Positions 41,811 through 49,771 of a stretch of 64,000 nucleotides of DNA are shown piece by piece; within the stretch, counting starts at the first letter, position 1, and every line of letters begins with the position of its first letter. The stretch lies in contig OZ219802.1 in NCBI GenBank assembly GCA_964291655.2, forward strand, positions 1,952,001-2,016,000. Direction: 5' to 3'. Under the pieces are notes generated by a model, which saw only the letters and a list, made by a program, of their open reading frames with translations, was not told the DNA's origin and did not search any database. Position numbers and translations under genes: made by a program. This DNA comes from Chloroflexota bacterium. Its GTDB lineage: Bacteria; Chloroflexota; UBA11872; VXOZ01.

Positions 41811-42446
41811 TCAGAAATTCGGCAGAATTCGCCAAATTGCGTTGGCAACCTTGTCGGCCCCGAGCGCCGCGCTCACCACACGCCAGCGGTCGGGGTCCGA
41901 TTCGGCGAGTGCGTGGAAGCCGGCGGCAACCTTAAGGTGAAATTCCACGTCGAGGCTGTCCATGCGATTGGTCGATCCGTCGCCGCCAGCGCCGAAGCGA
42001 CGCTGCAGCCCGTCCTCCACTGGCAGATCGAGCAGAATCGTTAGGTCGGGCACAAGGCCGCCGGTAGCAAATTGATTGAGCGTGCGCAGCGTTGCCAGGT
42101 CTTGGCCGCGACCAAAGCCCTGATACGCAAAGGTCGAATCGCTGTAGCGGTCGCAAATGACGACGTGCCCGGAGTCGAGCGCCGGTCGGATGACCTCGTG
42201 CACAAGCTGTGCCCGCGCGGCGCACATGAGCAGCGCTTCTGTGTGGGGATGGATCTCGACGTTTTGCCGGTCGAGCACAACGCCGCGAATGCGGTCGCTG
42301 ATGGGCGTGCCGCCTGGCTCGCGGGTGGTTACCACCGTGCGGCCGGCCTGCCGCAAACGCTCGGCAAGCCGCTCTACCTGGGTGGTCTTGCCGGAACCTT
42401 CCACGCCCTCGAACGTTATAAAGTAGCCCTGCGGGGTGTCTGCCAT
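41811..42446 (-). CDS. tmk: Thymidylate kinase
   Basis: FITFEGVEGSGKTTQ, TREPGGT, CDRYSDSTFAYQG. Confidence 0.97.
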   Translation of the reverse strand: MADTPQGYFITFEGVEGSGKTTQVERLAERLRQAGRTVVTTREPGGTPISDRIRGVVLDRQNVEIHPHTEALLMCAARAQLVHEVIRPALDSGHVVICDRYSDSTFAYQGFGRGQDLATLRTLNQFATGGLVPDLTILLDLPVEDGLQRRFGAGGDGSTNRMDSLDVEFHLKVAAGFHALAESDPDRWRVVSAALGADKVANAIWRILPNF

Positions 42447-42484
42447 ACGATCTCCATCCCACATTCGCTTTGGACTGTTATTCC

Positions 42485-42707
42485 TGTAAGTGTTGAGTAA
42501 TTCGTTGACAGAATTCTCTCTCAAATTGGCAGTGTTGACAGATCATGTCATTCCGAGCGGAGCGAGGAATCTAGAGTCCCTGCTCAGCACTCTAGATTCC
42601 TCACTCCGCTACGCTTCGTTCGGAATGACATGTGTACTAGTCATGACTAACACTGCGAAAGGTTGCTTTTCTTCTCAAATCTGTCAACGAATTACCTGAC
42701 ATTTACA
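42485..42707. mobile_element. MITE family A, copy 4, followed by an extra arm of another copy (42708-42785)
   Basis: TGTAAGTGTTGAGTAATTCGTTGACAGA..TCTGTCAACGAATTACCTGACATTTACA. The adjacent remnant is approximately the reverse complement of the copy-3 left arm. Confidence 0.85.
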
Positions 42708-42844
42708 GGAATGACATGTACGGTCGACACAGTCCAGTGAGTAGACGCTTTTCTCAACGAATTACGCAACACATACCGGAATGACTTTGGCTGTCAGCGA
42801 ATTTCGCAACGCATACAGGAGAGACATTTGTCGGACGCCATGCG

Positions 42845-44278
42845 TTACACTCCCGCCAGTGCACGCGCCACTTGGATGAGCGCCTGCACCCGTTCAGGGG
42901 AGTCTGCCTCGGCGTAGATGCGCATGATCGGCTCCGTGCCGGAGAAGCGGACGCACACCCACGCGCCGTCGCGCAGCGTATAGTGAAACCCATCTTCTGT
43001 GCGGCGTGCGACGACTTCGCCATTCGCGATTTTCGTCGGCACGTGCGCTTGCATGCGCGCCGTGATGTTTTCCCGCTCCTCCTGCGGGAAGTCGAGGTCC
43101 AGGCGATCGTAGCAGTGGGGACCCACCAGACTGAACAGGTGTTCCACTAGATCCGTGGGCGCGCGGCCGGACTGCACCACGTAATCCAGCAGGAATAGCC
43201 CCGCCAAAATGCCGTCGCGTTCCGGCACATGGCCGCGAAAGGCGTAGCCGCCGCTTTCCTCGCCGCCCAGCAGCGCGTCAGTCTCCAGCATCTTCGGGGC
43301 CACGAATTTAAAGCCCACCGGCGTTTCGTGCACGGGCACGTTGAAGTGCTCGCCAAGGCGGTTGAGCATGGAACTGGACGTGAACGTCTTGACTATCGGT
43401 CCGCGCTGACCGCGCACTTCGAGCAGATAGAGCGCCAAAAGCGACATAACCGTAAGTTGATTCAGGAATTCACCTTTTTCATCACAAGCGCCGAGGCGGT
43501 CGGCATCGCCGTCGGTTGCGAGACCTAACCGCGCCCCCATTCTCGGTACCAGGCTGAAGAGGTCCTGCAGGTTTCCCGGTATCGGTTCCGGGTTGTGCAT
43601 GTTGGGGAACATGGGATTGCGTCTGTTATGGAGATCAAACACCCGCAGGGAGCCGCCTTGCAGGATGTTGCTGAACCAATTGCATCCGGCGCCATACATG
43701 GCGTCTACCACCAGCGTGCCGTCCCAAGCGCGCAGACCCTCGAGATCGAGCAGTTTACTTATGTGCGTCAGGTACGCCGGCGCGGGGTCAAACTGCTCGT
43801 GGAGGCCCTGACTCTGCGCTTCGGCAAGTGACAGCGAGCGCACGTCGCGGGGATGCAGCGTGCTCACGATCTCCTCAATTTCGGCCAGTTCCTCCGGCGG
43901 AGTTGCACCGCCGTACGCGGAACGTACCTTGTATCCCTGGTAGTCGAAGGGGTTGTGACTTGCCGTGAGGGTGATTCCGCCGCCGGCCCGGCGGTTGACG
44001 ATGGCGTGGGCGAAGACCGGCGTAGGCGTGGGCACATCGGCAAGAGCAACCGGAATGCCGTTGCCGACCAGCACCTCGGCTGCGGCCGCGGCAAACATCT
44101 CGGCATTGAACCGGGTATCGTAGGCTACGACCAAGCCGCGTTCCGCCGCTTCCGGTTGGGCCTTCAGCCAATGCTGCGCGACCGCCTGCGTAAGCAAACG
44201 CACGTTTTCGACGGTGTAGTCGTCGCCGATTACGGCGCGCCAACCGTCGGTACCAAATCTAATTGCTGATGAACCCAT
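42845..44278 (-). CDS. Phosphoglucomutase/phosphomannomutase
   Basis: FGTDGWR, TASHNP, DGDADR, GGEESGG, RFSGTEP. Confidence 0.96.
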   Translation of the reverse strand: MGSSAIRFGTDGWRAVIGDDYTVENVRLLTQAVAQHWLKAQPEAAERGLVVAYDTRFNAEMFAAAAAEVLVGNGIPVALADVPTPTPVFAHAIVNRRAGGGITLTASHNPFDYQGYKVRSAYGGATPPEELAEIEEIVSTLHPRDVRSLSLAEAQSQGLHEQFDPAPAYLTHISKLLDLEGLRAWDGTLVVDAMYGAGCNWFSNILQGGSLRVFDLHNRRNPMFPNMHNPEPIPGNLQDLFSLVPRMGARLGLATDGDADRLGACDEKGEFLNQLTVMSLLALYLLEVRGQRGPIVKTFTSSSMLNRLGEHFNVPVHETPVGFKFVAPKMLETDALLGGEESGGYAFRGHVPERDGILAGLFLLDYVVQSGRAPTDLVEHLFSLVGPHCYDRLDLDFPQEERENITARMQAHVPTKIANGEVVARRTEDGFHYTLRDGAWVCVRFSGTEPIMRIYAEADSPERVQALIQVARALAGV

Positions 44279-44338
44279 ATTGGTTTCAGTGCTCCTTAAC
44301 AGAGATGGCAGGAAGTGTGCTCATTGTATTCGTGTGTT

Positions 44339-45310
44339 TTATTGGAATTTGGAATCAGCCCGTACTTGGAATCGCCAATAGTCCAGGGTATCCAGTAAGG
44401 TCTGTTCCAGAGGAATAGTTGTACGCCAACCGGTCTGCTCCTGGAATGCGCGCGGGTCTGCTTGGAGAATCGGCAGGTCGCCGGGTCGGAAGAGCGTCGG
44501 ATCGGTCTCCACCCGCACCTCTACCTGCGTGAGGCCCAACATGACCTGCAGCATTTCGTCAATCGAACGTGCGGCGCCGGAGCCAATGGTGTAAACGGCG
44601 CCTGGAGTCCCTTTTTCCAGCGCCAGCCAATAGGCGCGAGCCATGTCACGCACGTCGGTGAAGTCGCGCTTAGCGCTCATGTTACCCACTGTTAGGTTTG
44701 GTGGGCGCAGTCCCGCCTCCATCTCCGCCAGTTCCCGCGCAAAACGGGCGATGACGAAGTCCGGCGCTTGGCGGGGTCCGATGTGGTTGAACGGACGCAC
44801 CCGCACGCTGGACAACCCGTGACTCTGCCAATATTGCAACGCCAGCATGTCCTGCCCGACCTTACTCACCGCGTACGGATCAGCGGGGCGCAAGGGCGCT
44901 GTTTCGCTGACGGGGAGGTCTTTCTCCTCCACCATACCGTAGACGTTGCTCGAACTCACCACAAGGAGTCGCGCCGCCGGCACGTGCCGCTGCATCGCCA
45001 GGATGATGTGCAGTTGTCCGAGTATGTTGGTGGTGAGGGTCGCGGCTGGGTCTTGCCACGCGGTCGGCACGTGCGCCTGGGCAGCGAGATGGAAGATCCT
45101 GTCCGGCCGGATAGCGGCAAGCGCGGCTTGCATGCCGTCTTCGTCAACGATGTTTGCACTGTGGAGTTGAATGCGATCGCCCAGGTGCACGAGATGCGGA
45201 TGCGGCCCCGGCGTGTGCGCCAAGCCCCATACGTCTGCTCCCTGCGCCACGCACACGTCCGCGAGGTGGCTGCCCGCAAAGCCGGTGATGCCGGTAATGA
45301 GTACGCGCAT
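44339..45310 (-). CDS. NDP-sugar reductase/dehydratase (Rmd/Gmd-like extended SDR)
   Basis: LITGITGFAGSHL, FHLAAQ, YAVSK, RPFNHIGPRQ, RDFTDVRD. Confidence 0.9.
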   Translation of the reverse strand: MRVLITGITGFAGSHLADVCVAQGADVWGLAHTPGPHPHLVHLGDRIQLHSANIVDEDGMQAALAAIRPDRIFHLAAQAHVPTAWQDPAATLTTNILGQLHIILAMQRHVPAARLLVVSSSNVYGMVEEKDLPVSETAPLRPADPYAVSKVGQDMLALQYWQSHGLSSVRVRPFNHIGPRQAPDFVIARFARELAEMEAGLRPPNLTVGNMSAKRDFTDVRDMARAYWLALEKGTPGAVYTIGSGAARSIDEMLQVMLGLTQVEVRVETDPTLFRPGDLPILQADPRAFQEQTGWRTTIPLEQTLLDTLDYWRFQVRADSKFQ

Positions 45311-45439
45311 GGGGGCGACTTCTCGCATCACGTGAAGGGGTGGATTCCTGTGGCGATTATACGCGGCAATTCTTGTCCGGGGCAACCGCGCGGAGGGAGG
45401 TGAAAGCGCGCGGTGCACGTGCCGCCGCAGGCTGGCACG

Positions 45440-45598
45440 GCGTAGGTTGCAAACCTACGCTACTGGAGGGGTAGGGGCAACCACCGGGGGTTGCCCGCTG
45501 CGCATAGGTCAGAATGAACAACCGCCGCGTTCTGGATTGGCGCAGGTTGCAAACCTACGCTACCGGAGGGGTAGGGGCAACCCTTGTGGTTGCCCTCT
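45440..45598. repeat. Two tandem BIME-like units of GTAG-type REPs
   Basis: AGGTTGCAAACCTACGCTAC.GGAGGGGTAGGGGCAACC...GGTTGCCC occurs twice. Confidence 0.75.
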
Positions 45599-45633
45599 TC
45601 TTACCGATAGGTCAACACGTCGCTTCCAGGACT

Positions 45634-47442
45634 TTACAGCTTCTGCGCCTGGTAGAGATCGTGGAAGAGTCCCGGCTGCGCGAGCAACGTTTGGGGAGCG
45701 CCCTCTTGCACCAGTATCCCTTCATCGAGCACGAGAATCCTGTCGGCATGCATCACGGTTACCAGCCGGTGTGCCACGACAAGGGTGGTCCGGCCGCGCC
45801 GTGCCGTCTCCAAGGCGGTGCGTACCTTCTGGTCGGTGAGCGCGTCCAGTGCGGACGTCGCCTCGTCCAACAAGAGGATGCGGGGCTGTTCCAGGATTGC
45901 CCGGCAAAGCGCCAGGCGCTGACGCTCGCCGCCGGAAAGCGCCAGACCCCGCTCGCCGACCTGCGTGTCGTAGCCATCCGGCAGCGACTCGACAAATTCG
46001 TGAAGCTGCGCGGCTTTGGCGGCGGCAATGACGTGTTCTCGCGGTACGTCGCGGGACGGGTACACGAGGTTCGCATAGATGCTGTCGTTCCAAAGGAAAA
46101 CGTCTTGCGGCACGAGGCCGATCATCCCGCGCAGGTGGGAGAGCGGCAGTTCCTCAACAGGCGTACCGTCTACCAGGATCGCTCCGGTACGCGGTTCGTA
46201 GAAGCGCAGCAGGAGATCGATGACCGTACTCTTGCCACCCCCGCTCGGACCCACGACGCCGATGAATTCACCAGGTTCAACGCGAAATGACACAGCTTCC
46301 AAACCGAAACCGTCCCGGCCGTAATCGAAAGAGACATCTGAAAATTTGATGGTGGCGCCGCTTGGACAAGCTGTGTTTTGTGCGGTCACCGCATCATGTG
46401 AATCCGTTCGTGCTGAGCCCCTCGACAAGCTCAGCACAGGCCCTGTCGAAGCACGAACGGATTCGTCATTCTCGCTCGGGAGACTGAACAGCGAGTCGAT
46501 CCGCCCGGCAGCAGCTTTGGCCTGGCCGGTGCTGATGTGGCCGTCCAAGATTGCTTCCAATGCGATATAGGCGCGCGGCACGTAGATGATGAAGGCCACC
46601 AAGCCGCCAATGCTCAGCCGACCGTTAATCACCTCGTATGCGCCGTAGCCGTACACGAGTCCGACCACGACGTTTTGGATAAGGTTCAGCGGCAGCGTCA
46701 TTACCAGATTATGGAAGGTAATAGTCTTTGCTTTGATGCGCCAGTCGGCCTTGATCCACTCCAGCCACCGCGCTCTCTCATGCGGCTCCGCGGCGTGGGC
46801 GCGGATGGTGCGCATGCCGGGAATCACGTCTTGCAGGTAGCTCATGGCATGTTCTCTGCTCTGGTGCAGTTCCCCGTCCATTGCTTCCGCATAGTGCTGC
46901 ATCCGTCGTGCAAAGAGGTAGGAAAGCGGAAAGGCGATCAGGCTGACCAGCAACAAGTGGCCGTTGAGAAAGAACATGACGCCCAGCGTTCCTAGCAAGA
47001 GCACAGCGTTGGTGAACATGGGGAGCAACTCATTGCTCACGTACACCTCGCCAATTTCGCCACAGACTTTGGTTATGGTGCGAATGATGCGCCCACTTGC
47101 GATTCGCTCCAGGTCTTGCAATTTCACGTACAAAGTATGGTTGAAGAGCGTCCGCCGGAGTGACTGCGAGACCGCTTCGCCAATGTTGGCGCGCAGATAG
47201 TTTTGCACCGCCCCCAGCGCCATTGTGATCAGCGGAAAAGCAATAATGCCAATTAGCAACGGCACGATCAAGGCAACATTGCCTGTGGGAATCGCCTCGT
47301 CGATGAGGCGCTTGACGAGCAATGGAGTGACGAGACTAACGCTAGTACTCACGATAACCAGCGCGACAATGCCCGCAATCAGGTGCCAATGGGCGCGCAG
47401 TTGCCGCGTGACAACCTGGTAGGTCGAATGGTTTCGCTTGAT
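45634..47442 (-). CDS. ABC exporter, fused permease and ATPase (MsbA-like)
   Basis: TMD plus GPSGGGKST, LSGGERQR, LLLDEATSALD, VAHRL. Start uncertain (ATC at 47442 behind AGGAGG, or TTG at 47556). Confidence 0.92.
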   Translation of the reverse strand: MKRNHSTYQVVTRQLRAHWHLIAGIVALVIVSTSVSLVTPLLVKRLIDEAIPTGNVALIVPLLIGIIAFPLITMALGAVQNYLRANIGEAVSQSLRRTLFNHTLYVKLQDLERIASGRIIRTITKVCGEIGEVYVSNELLPMFTNAVLLLGTLGVMFFLNGHLLLVSLIAFPLSYLFARRMQHYAEAMDGELHQSREHAMSYLQDVIPGMRTIRAHAAEPHERARWLEWIKADWRIKAKTITFHNLVMTLPLNLIQNVVVGLVYGYGAYEVINGRLSIGGLVAFIIYVPRAYIALEAILDGHISTGQAKAAAGRIDSLFSLPSENDESVRASTGPVLSLSRGSARTDSHDAVTAQNTACPSGATIKFSDVSFDYGRDGFGLEAVSFRVEPGEFIGVVGPSGGGKSTVIDLLLRFYEPRTGAILVDGTPVEELPLSHLRGMIGLVPQDVFLWNDSIYANLVYPSRDVPREHVIAAAKAAQLHEFVESLPDGYDTQVGERGLALSGGERQRLALCRAILEQPRILLLDEATSALDALTDQKVRTALETARRGRTTLVVAHRLVTVMHADRILVLDEGILVQEGAPQTLLAQPGLFHDLYQAQKL

Positions 47443-47764
47443 GGTATACCCTCCTGAAATTGGTTTGCTACTCCGCGTTAGTAAGCCCTCCTTTCGAGGA
47501 ACAACAGCGGTGGCATCGGACCGGCGACGCCGTCCGCTGCGATAAGGGTGGGTCAAGAGGCTCTGGTTGTTTCCTCATTTGGGAGGAGCGACTGCTCCTA
47601 AAGTGACGCAGCTTTACTCTCCTTTGGATGGAGCTGCTGCCCGTCGACTTTCCCCCTTCTGCCTGCGGACGTGACCGTTGTCCACTGACGTGAAGCACAC
47701 TGTTTGTCTTTGGGGCGAAGCGGCTGCTCGTCGCCAAGACCATCTTTCACCCTCTCCCTTGATG

Positions 47765-48293
47765 GAGACCTTTGCATAACCATCGCCACAGCGCGGATGT
47801 CCCCTCTCCCTCGACGGGAGAGGGCTAGGGTGAGGGTGAATCTCCTGAAGTCTCTCCATTTGCACACCGATTCTGCCCTGATACGTCTTGACACTGCCCA
47901 GCGTAAAGGGCCATCGTAGCAAAAAGACCCCCTCACCCCAACCCTCTCCCCTGTACAGACCGGGGACATAGGTAACAGTTGTTCGGGGACATGGGTTACA
48001 CATTTTACTGATTGACACCTACGAGAGCATTGGGTTGGTCCGGGTTTGATAAGAGACTGGCGACACAGTGCACTCACTTTCAGCCTGTCAGCTTGTGCCA
48101 GAGAAACAAACTGTGTGCATAAGGATATTGAGCGGATCTAACTTTCAAGGCAAGGACATCGCATACTACGAAAATCCCCTCGTTCTATGGTGTAACCTAT
48201 GTGCCCGAACATGTGTAACCCATGTACCCGGTCTATACACTCCCCCAGGAGAGGGAGTGCTCCTGCTTGAAAGTGGGGTTATGCAAAGGTCTC
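47765..48293. mobile_element. MITE family B (TIR GAGACCTTTGCATAACC) with a nested IS481-like MITE
   Basis: Perfect 17-bp TIR. CTTGATG duplicated at 47758-47764 and 48294-48300. Confidence 0.88.
47952..48239. mobile_element. IS481-like non-autonomous element (TGTACAGACCGGG..CCCGGTCTATACA)
   Basis: TGT/ACA ends with repeated subterminal ACAT(A/G)GGT(A/T)ACA motifs. CTCCCC duplicated at 47946-47951 and 48240-48245. Absent from the sister copy at 54817. Confidence 0.85.
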
Positions 48294-48554
48294 CTTGATG
48301 GGAGAGGGCGGGGGTGAGGGTGATGCGTGACGTGACAAACCCCCGTCCGGCCATTTCAGAATGCGGATTACCTAGCCCTGCGCATGGGTGCGGGGCACAA
48401 AACAGCCAGTATACGCGGCAGGCGAAATTCGTAAAGAATCCGTCCAGAAAGCCCCGTTTTGGCGGCACATGTGCGTGTGTACCGTCAAGGTGGTATACTG
48501 TTAACACGATTGAGACAAGCTGCGGTGTGTTGCAATCACTGACATGACAAAACA

Positions 48555-48590
48555 AAACACCCGGGCGATTGACCCGGGTGTTTATTCATT
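48555..48590. terminator. Bidirectional-looking intrinsic terminator
   Basis: AAACACCCGGG-CGATTGA-CCCGGGTGTTT with A-rich and T-rich flanks. Confidence 0.65.
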
Positions 48591-48626
48591 TAACGACAGA
48601 GAGAGTGGCTGGTACTTACTTTTCCA

Positions 48627-48986
48627 TCAAGAACCGGACCCTACCGGCACCTCTTCTTGCATAACCAGATACACGGCGTCGGCCAACACGCGGTCTCGCA
48701 TGTGGGGCTTGATGCTGCGGAAGGTCGTGACGTCCACTCTACGCCCAAAGAGGTCTTCTAAGAAAAAGCAGAGGTCCATGTAGCCTACCAGCGTCAGAAA
48801 CGATTCGGCCAACTCTACCAGCACATCCACGTCACTCTGCGGAGTGGCCTCATCTCGTGCCACCGACCCATAGAGCGCGATCTTCTCTACGCCGAGACGC
48901 TTGAGTTGCGCGCGGTTTGCTGCGAGCATGCGCAGGGCGTGTGAACACGTTAGCGTTCTTGGCGACCTCTTTTTGGAGGTCATCAC
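48627..48986 (-). CDS. Minimal nucleotidyltransferase (MNT)
   Basis: YGSVARD, SDVDVLVE, LEDLFGRRVDV. Confidence 0.9.
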   Translation of the reverse strand: MMTSKKRSPRTLTCSHALRMLAANRAQLKRLGVEKIALYGSVARDEATPQSDVDVLVELAESFLTLVGYMDLCFFLEDLFGRRVDVTTFRSIKPHMRDRVLADAVYLVMQEEVPVGSGS

Positions 48987-49136
48987 TTACCTTCCCACAG
49001 CGTAGTAGAGACCAAACCCATTCCGCAGAGTACGTAACCGCCCTTTTCTTCCTGGCAGTTTATACTCCTGCGTTTGTCATCCTACTCAGGATAGTGTAGT
49101 AATCATACTTGAAGGATCGGAAAATCAAGCATCACA

Positions 49137-49433
49137 ATGGACGTACGCTTCGCGGACAACGCCCAAGCAAGATTGGAGACCGAACTTTCTTTTCGTGGAA
49201 AATGGCCGCGAGCGGTAGTGAGAGCGTTTCGCAAACGTATGCAGGCTATACGCGCAGCCTCCGACGAGTGGGTATTCTACCGTATGAAGTCCTTTCACTA
49301 CGAGAAATTAGCAGTCGCGCGCAGCCATCAGCACTCTATGCGCTTGAATAACCAATTCCGGCTAATAGTTGAGTATGAAGGAAAGCCGCCCAATAAGATT
49401 GTCGTAGTGATTGCGATCGAAGACTATCACTGA
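49137..49433 (+). CDS. higB: HigB/RelE-like toxin
   Basis: AFRKRMQAIRAA, HYEKL..HSMRLNNQFRLI, C-terminal IEDYH. Confidence 0.85.
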   Translation: MDVRFADNAQARLETELSFRGKWPRAVVRAFRKRMQAIRAASDEWVFYRMKSFHYEKLAVARSHQHSMRLNNQFRLIVEYEGKPPNKIVVVIAIEDYH

Positions 49434-49462
49434 GATAGCAGCAAAGAGGAGGGCACTATCAC

Positions 49463-49762
49463 ATGCCCAAGAGGACGGTAGCTGAGGCGTTTCCACCTGG
49501 GGAATTCATACAGGACGAACTGGAGTCTCGCGGTTGGTCGCGCACCGACCTGACAAACATCATGGGTCGTACTGCGCGCCTCATAGATGAGATCATCGCT
49601 GGCAAGCACTGCGTTTCACCGGACATAGCCAGAGAACTTGGCGATGCGTTCGGCACGGGCGCGGACTTCTGGCTGAACCTCGAAGCAGCGTATCGACGTC
49701 ATACGCCGTTGCAGACAGGGGATCATGGCAACCGCCGGCAGGAAGAGCGGCAGGTCGTGTAG
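49463..49762 (+). CDS. higA: HigA antitoxin (XRE HTH)
   Basis: FPPGEFIQDELESRGW, AFGTGADFWLNLE. Confidence 0.88.
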   Translation: MPKRTVAEAFPPGEFIQDELESRGWSRTDLTNIMGRTARLIDEIIAGKHCVSPDIARELGDAFGTGADFWLNLEAAYRRHTPLQTGDHGNRRQEERQVV

Positions 49763-49771
49763 GCCGCGGTC

